DNA of 64,000 nucleotides from an uncultured bacterium (GTDB lineage Bacteria > Acidobacteriota > Thermoanaerobaculia > Multivoradales > JAHZIX01). A program made the position numbers and the translations under genes. Positions within the stretch are counted from its first letter, which is position 1. The number at the start of each line of letters is the position of its first letter. Under the pieces are notes generated by a model. It searched no databases, was not told the origin of the DNA, and was given only the letters and a program-made list of their open reading frames with translations. Of the stretch, positions 1-10,211 are shown piece by piece. The DNA is taken from NCBI GenBank assembly GCA_965368975.1, contig CBDUPA010000002.1:524757-588756 (forward strand). The letters are read 5' to 3'.

Positions 1-502
1 AGACATGGAACGGTTCGCCGCAGCCGGCGGCAGCGTCTGCATCTGCCCTCTGACCGAGGCCAACCTGGGCGATGGCATTGCCGACCTGCCGGGCATGCGC
101 CGCGTCGGTGTCAACATCTGCCTGGGCACCGACTCCAACGCGCGCATCTCGATGTTCGAAGAGATGCGCTGGCTCGAGTACGTGCAACGGCTGGCGGGCG
201 AAGCACGCGGCGTGGTGCGCGACGATGCCGGGGATGTCTCGGGGCCCCTCTGGCACACGGCCACTCTGCGCGGCGGCCGCGCGCTGAGTATCCCCGCCGG
301 CACCATCGAGCGGGCAGCTTGTGCGGACCTGATCACCGTCGACCTCGACGCCCCGGCGCTGGCGGGCTGCGACGTCGCATCGCTGCTGCCGGCGCTGGTG
401 CTCGGTGCTCCGGATGGCGTGATCGACCAGGTCTGCGTCGGCGGACGCTGGCGGAGCGTGGCGGAGATCCTGCCGCCTGCCACGGCGAGCCCAGAGAACT
501 AG
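1..502 (+). CDS. hutF: Amidohydrolase, probably formimidoylglutamate deiminase (5'-truncated by window edge)
   Basis: C-terminal amidohydrolase motifs CPLTEANLGDG, LGTDSN and EEMRWLEYVQRL, typical of HutF; the ORF is open at the window start. Confidence 0.75.
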   Translation, partial: DMERFAAAGGSVCICPLTEANLGDGIADLPGMRRVGVNICLGTDSNARISMFEEMRWLEYVQRLAGEARGVVRDDAGDVSGPLWHTATLRGGRALSIPAGTIERAACADLITVDLDAPALAGCDVASLLPALVLGAPDGVIDQVCVGGRWRSVAEILPPATASPEN

Positions 503-510
503 GTCCGACA

Positions 511-2766
511 ATGGGACTCGCTGACCTGCTTCGCCGCCGCGGCCTGGTCCCCACGATCTCGGAGACCGAACGCGCCGCCCTAGAAGCGGGCACCGTGTGG
601 TTGGACGGCGAGCTCTTCTCCGGCCGGCCCGACTGGCGGCGCATCCTCGCCGAGCCGTATCCGCAGCTCGATGCGCGCGAGCGTGCCTTCCTCGATGGCC
701 CCGTGGAGGAGGTGTGCCGCTTGCTCGACCCCTGGCGAGTGGAGCAGGAGCGGGCGTTGCCACCCGAGGTGTGGACCTACCTCAAGCAGGAGGGCTTCTT
801 CGGGCTGCAGATCCCAGAGGAGTATGGCGGCCATGGCTTCTCGACGCTCCTGCTGAGCGCCGTCTTCGCCAAGCTGGTGACGCGCAGCATGTATCTCTCG
901 TCGGTGGTATTGATTCCGAACTCGGTGGGTCCGGGCGAGCTGCTGCTCGAGTACGGCACGGCCGAGCAGCAGCAGTACTACCTGCCACGGTTGGCGCGCG
1001 GTGAGGAGATCCCGTGCTTCGCACTCACCGAGCCGCAAGCCGGTTCCGACGCCGCGTCGCTGACTTCGCGTGGTCGCGTTTTCCGCCACACGGACGGTGA
1101 TCTGCGCATTCGTCTCGACTTCGACAAGCGGTACATCACGCTGGCGCCGGTCGCCACGCTGATCGGCCTGGCGGTGCAGCTCGAAGACCCGGAGAACCTA
1201 CTCGACCGCGCAGCTGGCCAACAGAGTGACTTGGGAATCACCTGCGTGCTGGTACCGGCCACGGCGCCGGGCGTCGAGATCGGACGTCATCACGATCCGA
1301 TGGGCATTCCTTTCCCCAACGGACCGATCCGCGGACGCGCCGTGGAGGTCGGTATCGATGCGATCATCGGAGGCCCGCGCTACGCCGGCAAGGGCTGGCG
1401 CATGCTGATGGAGGCACTGTCCGGCGGGCGCGCGGTGTCCCTGCCCGCGCAAGCCACCGGTGGGGCCTGGTGGACGGCGCGCGTGGTAGGGGCCTACGCA
1501 GCGATACGGCATCAGTTCGGCTTGCCGATCGGTCGCTTCGAGGGCGTCGCCGAGCCGCTGGCACGCATCGCCGGCACCACGTACCTGATGGACGCTGCCC
1601 GGGTCTTCACCTGTGGCGCCCTTGACGGCAGCACGGACGGCGAACGAGAGCGACCATCCGTGATCTCGGCTCTGATGAAGTACAACCTCACCGAGCTGGG
1701 GCGCGGCCTGATGCAGGACGGAATGGACGTGCTGGGCGGCGCAGGCATTTGCCGGGGACCTTCGAACTTGCTGGCGGACGGCTACGTCGCGGCGCCGATC
1801 GGCATCACCGTCGAAGGCGCGAACATCCTCACGCGCACGCTGATAACCTTTGGCCAGGGTATCTTGCGGGCTCATCCCTACGCCCGCCGTGAGGTGGACT
1901 CCCTGGAGGCCGGGAATAGCAGCGCACTGCTCGAGGCCCTGCTCGGACACCTGGCCTTCTTCGCAGTCAACAGCGTGCGTGCCGTCTTCCACAGCCTGAC
2001 CCTCGGGCGGTTCGCGGCAACACCACCACGGGCCGCGGTGAGCAAGGCGACGCGCCACTACTACCGCAAGCTCAGTTGGGCCGCCGCACGCTTCGCCGTC
2101 TACACCGACCTGGCGCTCTTCACCCTCGGCAGCCGGCTCAAGCGTCAGGGTAAGCTGAGCGGTCGCTTCGCGGACGTCCTCTCGTGGCTGTACCTGGGCC
2201 TGGCAACGCTGCGCCGGTTCGAGGCGGAGGGCCGGCAGGCACAGGATCTACCCTTGGTGCACTGGGCACTGCAGACCGCCCTGGCGCGCATCCAGACGAG
2301 CTTCGAAGGGATCTGCAGCAATTTCGGCGGTCCGCTCGGCTGGTGGATGCGCGGGCCGGAACGCTGGATCGTTCGCTCGACGCCCATCGGTCGGGCACCG
2401 TCGGATCACCTGGACCGCGAGCTGGCCGCGCTACTGCAGCAACCGAGCACCGCCCGCGACCGCCTGAGCGGCGAGATCTTCGCCGACGAGGATGCGGTGC
2501 CGACACTGGGTCGGCTCGAGCGCGCGCTACGCCTGAGCGGCGAGACCGCGGAGCTGGAGCGGCGTGCCGCGAAAGACGGTGACGAGCAGCTGAGTACGGC
2601 TGATCAGGCTCGCCTGGACGAAGCCCGCGAGGCGCGCCGGCGGGCGATCGAGGTAGACAACTTCACTTTCGAAGAGTACAGCGGTAGGCTGGCGCCATGC
2701 TCCCAACCCTACAGCCCTACTGCGAGCGGCTCGAGATCAACCGCCGCCGCTTCCTCGACGAACTGA
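511..2766 (+). CDS. fadE: Acyl-CoA dehydrogenase (FadE-like, long form)
   Basis: ISETERAALEAGTVW, PCFALTEPQAGSDA, KRYITLAPVAT and PIGITVEGANILTR; ATG at 511 chosen over the upstream ORF start at 319, which overlaps hutF. Confidence 0.9.
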   Translation: MGLADLLRRRGLVPTISETERAALEAGTVWLDGELFSGRPDWRRILAEPYPQLDARERAFLDGPVEEVCRLLDPWRVEQERALPPEVWTYLKQEGFFGLQIPEEYGGHGFSTLLLSAVFAKLVTRSMYLSSVVLIPNSVGPGELLLEYGTAEQQQYYLPRLARGEEIPCFALTEPQAGSDAASLTSRGRVFRHTDGDLRIRLDFDKRYITLAPVATLIGLAVQLEDPENLLDRAAGQQSDLGITCVLVPATAPGVEIGRHHDPMGIPFPNGPIRGRAVEVGIDAIIGGPRYAGKGWRMLMEALSGGRAVSLPAQATGGAWWTARVVGAYAAIRHQFGLPIGRFEGVAEPLARIAGTTYLMDAARVFTCGALDGSTDGERERPSVISALMKYNLTELGRGLMQDGMDVLGGAGICRGPSNLLADGYVAAPIGITVEGANILTRTLITFGQGILRAHPYARREVDSLEAGNSSALLEALLGHLAFFAVNSVRAVFHSLTLGRFAATPPRAAVSKATRHYYRKLSWAAARFAVYTDLALFTLGSRLKRQGKLSGRFADVLSWLYLGLATLRRFEAEGRQAQDLPLVHWALQTALARIQTSFEGICSNFGGPLGWWMRGPERWIVRSTPIGRAPSDHLDRELAALLQQPSTARDRLSGEIFADEDAVPTLGRLERALRLSGETAELERRAAKDGDEQLSTADQARLDEAREARRRAIEVDNFTFEEYSGRLAPCSQPYSPTASGSRSTAAASSTN

Positions 2767-3230
2767 ATCGCCACTCGGAGGCCCAGCGCAGCTTCCGTGC
2801 GACCCCCGAAACCTGGTGCCCACTGCAAGTTGCTGAGCACGTGATTCTCGCCGAGCGCAGCGCGACGAAGATCATGTGCGATCCGCGCCGGCACCCGGTC
2901 CAACGCCGCGGCCTCAAAGATCGCGTCCTGTGGGCCGCGGTCAATGTGGTCTTGACGCTGCACCTCAAAGCCAAAGCACCCAAGACTTCGGAGCCCAAGG
3001 AGGGCTGGGACCTCGATACAGTCGCCAGCACCTGGGAAACGGTGCGCCTGCAGCTCCGCGAGCACCTCGAAGATCTGGACGAAGCGGCGGTGCAACGCAA
3101 AGTCTTCAAGCACCCCTACGGTGGCCCACTCGACGTCGAGATGACACTCGACTTCATGGACAAGCACCTGGAGCACCACCTGAGGCAACTGGAACGCATC
3201 CAGAGCGCCGAAGGCTGGCCAGCTACCTGA
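2697..3230 (+). CDS. DinB/DinB_2 family protein
   Basis: W..LQVAEH near the N-terminus, HPYGGPL, and a C-terminal HLEHHLRQL His motif; overlaps the fadE 3' end by 70 nt. Confidence 0.8.
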   Translation: MLPTLQPYCERLEINRRRFLDELNRHSEAQRSFRATPETWCPLQVAEHVILAERSATKIMCDPRRHPVQRRGLKDRVLWAAVNVVLTLHLKAKAPKTSEPKEGWDLDTVASTWETVRLQLREHLEDLDEAAVQRKVFKHPYGGPLDVEMTLDFMDKHLEHHLRQLERIQSAEGWPAT

Positions 3231-3235
3231 TTCCG

Positions 3236-6175
3236 CTACCCGCCCAACGGCGCTGGCCGACCGACCCAATACCCCTGCGCGAAATCGATCCCGATCTCTT
3301 CCAGGATGTGGTAAATCGCCTCGTTCTCGACGTACTCGGCGATCGTATGGATTCCCAGCACCTCGCCGATCCGGCGGATCGATTCGACCAGCGTGCGGTG
3401 CAGCTTGCTGGGGTCGTGCGTCAGCGTGCGCACGAACTCGCCGTCAATCTTGATGAAGTCGACCGGTAGATTGCGCAGGTAGGCGAAAGAGCTGACGCCG
3501 GTGCCGAAGTCGTCGAGGGCGAAACGACATCCCAGGTCGCGCAGCACGGAGAAGAACAGCGAGGCGCGCGCCAGGTTGCTGATCGCCGCCGTCTCGGTGA
3601 TCTCGAAGCACACGCGCGTCGGGTCGACGCCGCTTTTCTTGAGCGCATCGGTGATGTCTTCGAGGAAGTTCTCTTCACTCAGGGACTGCCCCGAGATATT
3701 GATCGCCAGCGCCTGCTCCAGCCCTTTGCCCTCGCGGTGGTCGGCAAGCCAGCCGAGAGCCGTGTGCACGACCCAGCGATCGATGCGCGACACCAGGCGG
3801 TACTTCTCAGCGGCAGGAATGAAGGCACCTGGGGCCACGAGCTCGCCGTCCTGGTCGATCAGGCGCACGAAGACCTCGCTCAGCTGGAACGGGAACTTCC
3901 GCCCGTCGGTGCCACGGATCGGCTGGATCGGCTGTGCGTAGAGACAGAGCCGGCCTTCCTCGATCGCCTGCGGAATGCGATGCAGCCACTGCAACTCACC
4001 GTGACGAGCCGCCAGCGCCGAGTCCTCGGGCTGATAGTTGTGCAGCCGGTCGCCGCCCCTGTCCTTGGCCACAAAGCAGGCGCTGTCGACGGCACGCAGA
4101 ACCTCGGTGACGCTGCTCTGCTCACCAGCCACGGCCACCAGGCCAATGCTGGCGGTACACGTGAAGACTCTCTCTTCCCAGGTGAAGCGTAGGGAGCTGA
4201 TATCGCGGCGCATGGCTTCCGCGAGAATCCGCGCCTGACCCGAAGAGCAGTCCTCCAGCAGAACACCGAATTCGTCGTCGCCGAGGCGGGCCAGGATGTC
4301 TCCCTCGCGCAGGCGCTGGCGCAGCAGGTCGGCGATCTGCTGCAGCATCTTGTCGCCCACATCGTGGCCGCCGGCGTCGTTGATCGCCTTGAACTCGTCC
4401 AGGTCCAGGTAGCAGACCACGTGGCGACGCCCCTCGTCGCGGGCGCTGGACAGGGCCAACTGCAGCCGGTCCTCGAACTGGTGCCGGTTGAGCAGGCCGG
4501 TGAGACGGTCATGGCTCGCCAGGTGGTCCATTTGGCGCTCCAGGCCGCGCAGCTCGCTGACGTCGCGCAGCACCAGGACGGCACCGGTGAGTAGACCCGC
4601 CTGATCGTGCACGGGGGCAACGGTGTCCCGCACGGCGCGCTCGCTGCCGTCCCGACGCACGATCAGTTTGCGCCCCGGGTACACGCGCAGCGGACGCTGG
4701 TGCAAGCAGTCGTAGACGGGATCGGGCAGTTCCTTGCGCGAGGTCTCGTCGAGCGGTCGGTACACCTCCGACAGCGGTTTGCCGAAAGCCTCCCGCTCGG
4801 CCCAACCCGTGAGGTCTTCCGCCGCCGCGTTGAGGAAGTCGATGCGACCGTTGATGTCGGTGCGTAGCACACCGTCGCCGATCGAGTCGAGCGTGACCTG
4901 CGCGCGCTCCTTCTCTTCAAACAGCGCCTCTTGCGCGCGCATGCTCTCCAGCTCGGCCCCCGCGCGAGCGCCAAAAATGCGCAGGATCGACTCGGCCGGG
5001 ATGTCCGGCTTGAGCGGGGCATCGTCGAGAACTCCCAGGAATCCAAGGGGCTGATCGATCGAATCGAAGAGCGGTACGGCCAAGAAGGCCTCCGCGCGCA
5101 TCTCGCGCAGGGTGCGGTCGTCGGGAAATAGCTCGTGGACGCCCGACTCGTGGATCAACAGACCGCCCTGGGCGTCCGCGATCGCTTCGAGCGCGGTGCC
5201 TTCGAGCCGCACGTCCTCTCCACTCTGGTAGTCCGTGCCCGTCCAGGCAGCGACGATCTCGGCCCGCTGCATTGACGCATCGGTGAACTTACCAACGAAG
5301 GCGTGGTGCAGTTCCAGCGCCTGCGCCAGGTAGCGCACCAGGCAGCGGAAGAAGTCCTCACCGGTGACCTCGGAAGTGCCATCGACGATCAGGCGCATCC
5401 GGTCGATCCGACGGCGCTGGTCGGAGACGTCGGAGGCGACACCGATCAGCTGCCGCACGCGGCCTTCGCCGTCGCGCAGGGCCTGACCGTGCATCGACAT
5501 CCAACGCACCTCGCCTTCAGCGTTGACGATCGGCAGCTCGAGTACGAAGTCCACATCGTCTTTCAGAGTGCGCCGCACCGCTTGCTGTAGCGCTTGCTGG
5601 TTGGTGCCCGAGAACCGCGACAAGAACCGATCGGCGGCGCCAGACAACGGTTCCCCTGAGAGCCCGAAGAGTTCCTGCGCGTAGTCGGAGATGGTCATCG
5701 TGCCTGCCGGCAGATCCCACTCCCAGGTGACACAGCGGCCGGCCTTCTGCGCCAGTTCCAGGCGTGCCTGGCTGCGGCGCAGAGCACGCTCGGAGTGATC
5801 CCGGCGCGTGATGTCGAAGGCCGAGGCCACGACGACGTTGCGGCCGTCCAGCTCGGTGGTCTTTGCCGTGTAGTCGACCAGCAGCTTTTCGCCGTCGCGG
5901 CGGATCAGGGGCAATTCGTAGTGGCTAGGTGTCTCTTCGTAGCGCAGCCTGGCGTTGATACGGTCGCGGACCTCGTCCTTGGACGCCTCTGGCACCAGGT
6001 CGACGGGCGAGAGCCCCTGCAGCTCGGTGAAGGAATAGCCGGTCAGGCGCTCCGCCGCCGGGTTGGCATAGTAGAACTGCTTCAGGTCAAAGATGAAGAA
6101 ACCCGTAGTCGTCGTTTCCGCCAGTTTGCGGAACCACGATTCGTCGGCACGGGGTAGGGCTGGAGAGTCGCTCAC
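3236..6175 (-). CDS. PAS-PAS-GAF-PAS-GGDEF-EAL c-di-GMP signalling protein
   Basis: PAS motifs (YANPAAERLTGY, FLNAAAEDLTGW), HDRLTGLLNR, GDDEF variant, EVF variant of EAL, DDFGTG and QGYWVGRP. Confidence 0.92.
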   Translation of the reverse strand: MSDSPALPRADESWFRKLAETTTTGFFIFDLKQFYYANPAAERLTGYSFTELQGLSPVDLVPEASKDEVRDRINARLRYEETPSHYELPLIRRDGEKLLVDYTAKTTELDGRNVVVASAFDITRRDHSERALRRSQARLELAQKAGRCVTWEWDLPAGTMTISDYAQELFGLSGEPLSGAADRFLSRFSGTNQQALQQAVRRTLKDDVDFVLELPIVNAEGEVRWMSMHGQALRDGEGRVRQLIGVASDVSDQRRRIDRMRLIVDGTSEVTGEDFFRCLVRYLAQALELHHAFVGKFTDASMQRAEIVAAWTGTDYQSGEDVRLEGTALEAIADAQGGLLIHESGVHELFPDDRTLREMRAEAFLAVPLFDSIDQPLGFLGVLDDAPLKPDIPAESILRIFGARAGAELESMRAQEALFEEKERAQVTLDSIGDGVLRTDINGRIDFLNAAAEDLTGWAEREAFGKPLSEVYRPLDETSRKELPDPVYDCLHQRPLRVYPGRKLIVRRDGSERAVRDTVAPVHDQAGLLTGAVLVLRDVSELRGLERQMDHLASHDRLTGLLNRHQFEDRLQLALSSARDEGRRHVVCYLDLDEFKAINDAGGHDVGDKMLQQIADLLRQRLREGDILARLGDDEFGVLLEDCSSGQARILAEAMRRDISSLRFTWEERVFTCTASIGLVAVAGEQSSVTEVLRAVDSACFVAKDRGGDRLHNYQPEDSALAARHGELQWLHRIPQAIEEGRLCLYAQPIQPIRGTDGRKFPFQLSEVFVRLIDQDGELVAPGAFIPAAEKYRLVSRIDRWVVHTALGWLADHREGKGLEQALAINISGQSLSEENFLEDITDALKKSGVDPTRVCFEITETAAISNLARASLFFSVLRDLGCRFALDDFGTGVSSFAYLRNLPVDFIKIDGEFVRTLTHDPSKLHRTLVESIRRIGEVLGIHTIAEYVENEAIYHILEEIGIDFAQGYWVGRPAPLGG

Positions 6176-6226
6176 GTCAAACTCGATCGGTTCCTCGGCT
6201 CAGGCTCGTCAATAGGTGAGAGCCCC

Positions 6227-7366
6227 TCATAGTATCACCCGCCGAAGCGGCAAGAGACGCGCGTGAACGCCCAGCAGGCGGGCGAAGAAGTCAGGGTGCC
6301 CAGCAAGGAAGCTCAGGACAGGACGGCGCCAGGAGGCCCGGCGGTCGAGAGCGAGCACCGCGCGAGTGATCCAATCCGGCAGCCGGCGGATGCGGCGGTG
6401 GGCGCGGCCGTATGCGCGCAGGTCACCGGCACGGATGGCCTCGACGAGGGCGAATGCCTGGTGGAACGCGAGCGCCAGGCCCTCGCCAGTGATGGCATCC
6501 AGGTAGCCACCGGCGTCGCCAACCAGGGCCAGCCGGCCCCGGTGAACCTCGCGGACCCTCTGCAGGAGAGGGCCACAACCGAGGTCGCGATGGATCGGCG
6601 CGGCCGACTGCAATCGGTCCTGGAGCTCAGGGAAGCGGGCGAGCAGGGCATCGAAGCCGCCGCCAGCCGAGCCGCTCCACAAGATAGCAACACCGACCTC
6701 GTTGGTCGCGACGGGCGTAACGTAGGCTTCAGCAGCACCGCGCCGCGAGCCGTCCTGGGCCCAGTACACCTCGACGACGTCGGTCCACGGCGCCAGGCGG
6801 AAATGGCGTCGGACACCGAACCGCTGCCGCGCACGTACCTGCGCCCGCTCTTGTACGAGGCCAGCTTGTGCCCGCAGCGGCGAGCGCAAGCCGTCGGCCG
6901 CCACCAGCCAGCGACCTCGCAGCACCTCACCCACGGCGGTCACGACTGCCGGTCCTTCGAGGTTGTCGGGCTCAAAGCCGGTCACCTTGACGCCCCAGAC
7001 CAGGTTTGCCCCCAGCTCCAGCGCCTGCTCCACCATTGCCTGGTGCAGCCGCGTGCGCCGGAGCCCGAGGCCGGCGGCCCCCCCGGGGAAGCGACCCTCG
7101 GCCACCAAGTCGCCGTCCAGATAGCGGATACCGAAAAACGGGCGACCCTGGCCTGCGAGCCGCACGCCAAGCTCTTCGAGACGCGCGACAGCGTCGGGCA
7201 TGAGACCTTCACCGCACGGCTTGTCCAGCGGTGGATGAGCGGCACGATCGACGACCAACACGCCGAGCCCGGCTTGTCGTGCCCGGATGGCCACAGCCAG
7301 ACCGGCCGGGCCGGCGCCGATGATCAGCACGTCGGTGAGCGCGAGAGCACTAGCCCGCGGCATCAT
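6227..7366 (-). CDS. FAD-dependent oxidoreductase/monooxygenase (geranylgeranyl-reductase/SrsC-like family)
   Basis: IIGAGPAG Rossmann motif, KPCGEGL, AADG and LVGDAGGYLDAITGEGL; start overlaps the FAAL stop. Confidence 0.85.
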   Translation of the reverse strand: MMPRASALALTDVLIIGAGPAGLAVAIRARQAGLGVLVVDRAAHPPLDKPCGEGLMPDAVARLEELGVRLAGQGRPFFGIRYLDGDLVAEGRFPGGAAGLGLRRTRLHQAMVEQALELGANLVWGVKVTGFEPDNLEGPAVVTAVGEVLRGRWLVAADGLRSPLRAQAGLVQERAQVRARQRFGVRRHFRLAPWTDVVEVYWAQDGSRRGAAEAYVTPVATNEVGVAILWSGSAGGGFDALLARFPELQDRLQSAAPIHRDLGCGPLLQRVREVHRGRLALVGDAGGYLDAITGEGLALAFHQAFALVEAIRAGDLRAYGRAHRRIRRLPDWITRAVLALDRRASWRRPVLSFLAGHPDFFARLLGVHARLLPLRRVIL

Positions 7367-9209
7367 CGGTATCCGGATCTCGGACTGCTTCGCCCTTGGG
7401 CGTAGCACGCGCCTTCAGGTAGCCGAACAAGGAACGGCCGAAGGCCGCGGCCAGCCGTAGGGACGTCACGGGGGACGGTGGGTCGAGCGTCCCTTCCAGC
7501 CACCGCCGCAGCGCCTCAGCGCGCCGCAGCTTACCCGAAGAGGTCCGCGGCAGGGTGCCCGGCGGCAACACGACAACGTCGTCCACCTGGACACCGACAA
7601 CACTCAACACCGCGCGCTTGCAAGCTTGCGGTAGAGCTTGGAGCTGCTCCGGTGTCGCCGTCCGCGCCTGCTCTACGAGCAGAGCGAGCGCTTCACTCTC
7701 GGCCTCGCTGGGCAACCAACTCACGGCCACGCAGCAGCCGCGACGCAAGCCTGGCAGATCGTCGACCGCCTGCTCGAAGTCCTGAGGTGCATAGTTGCGT
7801 CCCCGCAGGATTACCAGATCCTTGGCCCGACCAGTCAAGTAGAGCTCACCGGACAGCTGGAAGCCCAGGTCACCCGTATTGAGCCAGCCATCACGGAGCG
7901 CTTGGCGGGTCCGCTTCGGCTGCCCCAGGTAGCCACTCATGAGCGACGGACCGCGCACCCAGAGCTGACCAACCCGGCAATCCGGGAGCGATGTTCCGGC
8001 CTCATCCCGCAGCTGCAGCTGGAAGTCGGGCAGGGGCCGACCGACGGAAACCAGTTCGACACTGTCCGTGTGTCTGTCGTCGTGCTCCGGAGCCGGCGGC
8101 ACGGGAACCGCCTCTCCCTGGCACAGCGCCAGACGATCGAAACGGCGGCTACCGAAGGGCTCGGACAGCGCACTGAAGGTGACAGCCAGCGCCGCTTCAG
8201 CCAGGCCATAGACCGGCGTCAAGGCTTCTGGCCGCAGTCCCCAGCGGGCAAAGCGCTCCTGGAAGGCGCGCTGCACGGAAGCCGACACGGGCTCCGCCCC
8301 ATTGAGCGCCACCCGCCAGTGCGACAGGTCGACCGGTGGCGTGCCGCTCGACCCATCCAGCTCCTCGTCGCGGATCTTCTGCACGCACAGCGAGTAGGCG
8401 AAGTTGGGAGCTGGCGACACCTGAGCCTTGGAGCGTGACAGCGCGCGCAGCCAAACCGCCGGGCGAGCAACGAAGACCTCGGGCGGAATCACTGTCAGGG
8501 TCGACGGTAGCTCCAGCGCCGCCATGACACAGCCGATGAGCCCCATATCGTGGTAGAGCGGCAACCAGCTGACGCCGGTCGGCGGCTTGCCGTTGGTCCA
8601 CCCGGCTGGCCAGAAGGCGTTCAGCCGTCGAGTCTGCGCCAGCACGGCTCGGTGCGACAGCGCCACCGGCTTGGGGTCCACGGTGGTGCCAGAGGAGAAC
8701 TGCACCAGTGCAACCTCCTCCGCCGTCGGCACGGCAAACTCGACCGCGGCTCCCACCGTCGGTGCCGGCAGCTGCTCGAGACGGCGGCAGCCCAAGGTCG
8801 GCCCGGCGGCGGCGACAGTTTCGCCCAGCAGATGCTGCACCCGTCTCCCCGCCAGAATCAGGCGGGCCCCGGCCGCGCGCACCAGCGACGCGGTACCCCG
8901 GTGGTATTCGTCAAGACGACCGAGCCGGGCTGGCGGGTAGAGCGGTACCGGCACGCCGCCAGCCAGCACAACTCCGAAGAAGGCATCGAAGAAGTCGGTG
9001 GAGGTGGGGAAGATCAGCGCCACCTGCTCGCCGTGCTGGATGCCCAGGTGCAGGAGACCTCCAGCTACGCGACGGGCGCGCTCGACCACCTTGCTCCAAG
9101 GCAACCAGGTCTCGCGCTCGCGAGCATCGAGCAACCGCAGGCCTGCATCGTCGACCCGCGCGGCCGCGAGCAGCAGAGCCTGCAGGGTGGTGGGGCGACG
9201 GTCAGTCAT
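7350..9209 (-). CDS. Fatty acyl-AMP ligase (FAAL)
   Basis: QFSSGTT, SWLPLYHDMGLIG, PNFAY, YGLAEA followed by a FAAL-type insertion, TGDLG, GRAKDLVILRGRN and LPRTSSGK. Confidence 0.9.
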   Translation of the reverse strand: MTDRRPTTLQALLLAAARVDDAGLRLLDARERETWLPWSKVVERARRVAGGLLHLGIQHGEQVALIFPTSTDFFDAFFGVVLAGGVPVPLYPPARLGRLDEYHRGTASLVRAAGARLILAGRRVQHLLGETVAAAGPTLGCRRLEQLPAPTVGAAVEFAVPTAEEVALVQFSSGTTVDPKPVALSHRAVLAQTRRLNAFWPAGWTNGKPPTGVSWLPLYHDMGLIGCVMAALELPSTLTVIPPEVFVARPAVWLRALSRSKAQVSPAPNFAYSLCVQKIRDEELDGSSGTPPVDLSHWRVALNGAEPVSASVQRAFQERFARWGLRPEALTPVYGLAEAALAVTFSALSEPFGSRRFDRLALCQGEAVPVPPAPEHDDRHTDSVELVSVGRPLPDFQLQLRDEAGTSLPDCRVGQLWVRGPSLMSGYLGQPKRTRQALRDGWLNTGDLGFQLSGELYLTGRAKDLVILRGRNYAPQDFEQAVDDLPGLRRGCCVAVSWLPSEAESEALALLVEQARTATPEQLQALPQACKRAVLSVVGVQVDDVVVLPPGTLPRTSSGKLRRAEALRRWLEGTLDPPSPVTSLRLAAAFGRSLFGYLKARATPKGEAVRDPDTDDAAG

Positions 9210-9519
9210 CGGTACCTCCAGCGGCAGCGTCGATGGCCCCCGCGATCTCCGCGGCGAGTTTCGAGCGTACCACCTCGACGAGATCGCCGACCGTTGCCAA
9301 GCCCGCTTCGTCGTCGGCGTCGAGGCAGATCTCGAAGCGATTCTCGACCTCGGCCGCCAGAGTCAGCAGGCGTAGCGAGTCGAGTTCGAGGTCCTGCACC
9401 AGGTCCATGTCGAGACGCAACTCGCCGGCCCAGTCCAAGTGCCGACGCGCTACGTCGGTAATCGCGTCGAGGATTTCGGCCTCGTCGCCGACACTCGATC
9501 CGTTGCCGGGTACCTCCAT
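9202..9519 (-). CDS. Acyl carrier protein
   Basis: Small acidic protein with DLELDSL phosphopantetheine site and TVGDLV; overlaps both neighbours. Confidence 0.88.
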   Translation of the reverse strand: MEVPGNGSSVGDEAEILDAITDVARRHLDWAGELRLDMDLVQDLELDSLRLLTLAAEVENRFEICLDADDEAGLATVGDLVEVVRSKLAAEIAGAIDAAAGGTDD

Positions 9520-10091
9520 CAGTTTCCTCCCTGGGCCGCGAAGACCTCATCGTAGCTGCAGTAGCGTCGCAGCGCCGCTTCCTCGACCCGGATACGGTGG
9601 CGCAGCAGTAGCGCATTGGCGACGCTGAAGACCACCGCCGTCGTCCACGCGGAGTGGATCAGCGGCAACGCGAACATCTCGACTACCACCGCCAGATAGT
9701 TGGGATGGCGTAACCAGCGGAACGGTCCACCGGTCACCGGTGCATCACCGGGCACCACGAGGACGCGCGTGTTCCAGCGTTCACCGAGCGTCGCGATGAC
9801 CCAGTAGCGCAGGGCCATGGTACCAGCGAGAAGTGGCCCTGCGATCAGCGCCAGCGCCGGGATCCACGGCCGCCCGAACCACCAAACCTCGGCCAGGCAG
9901 GCAGCGAGAAACGCCGTGTGCAACAGAACCATCACGGGGTAGTGCCCGGCTCCGGCTTCGATCCCTCCGCGTGCCCGCGCCTTGCGTTCATTGCGCTGCG
10001 CGATGCGCAGTTCGAACAAACGCTCGACGATCACCACCGCCAGCACGGCAGTGAAGAGCCAACGACTGTCGACATCAGGCAGGAACAACAT
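9519..10091 (-). CDS. Isoprenylcysteine carboxyl methyltransferase-family membrane methyltransferase (SrsB/BpsB/FtpB-like)
   Basis: ERLFELRIAQRN, GHYPVMVLLH, TLGERWNTR, GPFRWLRHPNY and RIRVEEAAL. Confidence 0.88.
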   Translation of the reverse strand: MLFLPDVDSRWLFTAVLAVVIVERLFELRIAQRNERKARARGGIEAGAGHYPVMVLLHTAFLAACLAEVWWFGRPWIPALALIAGPLLAGTMALRYWVIATLGERWNTRVLVVPGDAPVTGGPFRWLRHPNYLAVVVEMFALPLIHSAWTTAVVFSVANALLLRHRIRVEEAALRRYCSYDEVFAAQGGN

Positions 10092-10211
10092 GGACGCCTG
10101 AACTTATCACTGAGCTACAGCGACGACTCCGCTCTGGTGGTGACTTACCCTGCGTTCTACCGCTCTTACCGGCAGCGTCCGGCTCTGTACCGCCGACCGG
10201 CTGAAGTCCAT

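Noticed and set aside
511-2766. fadE as a tailoring enzyme of the NRPS-PKS (epoxyketone-type)
   Set aside because: It is an ordinary long FadE more than 20 kb away, and the PKS lacks the cMT/TE arrangement of those clusters.
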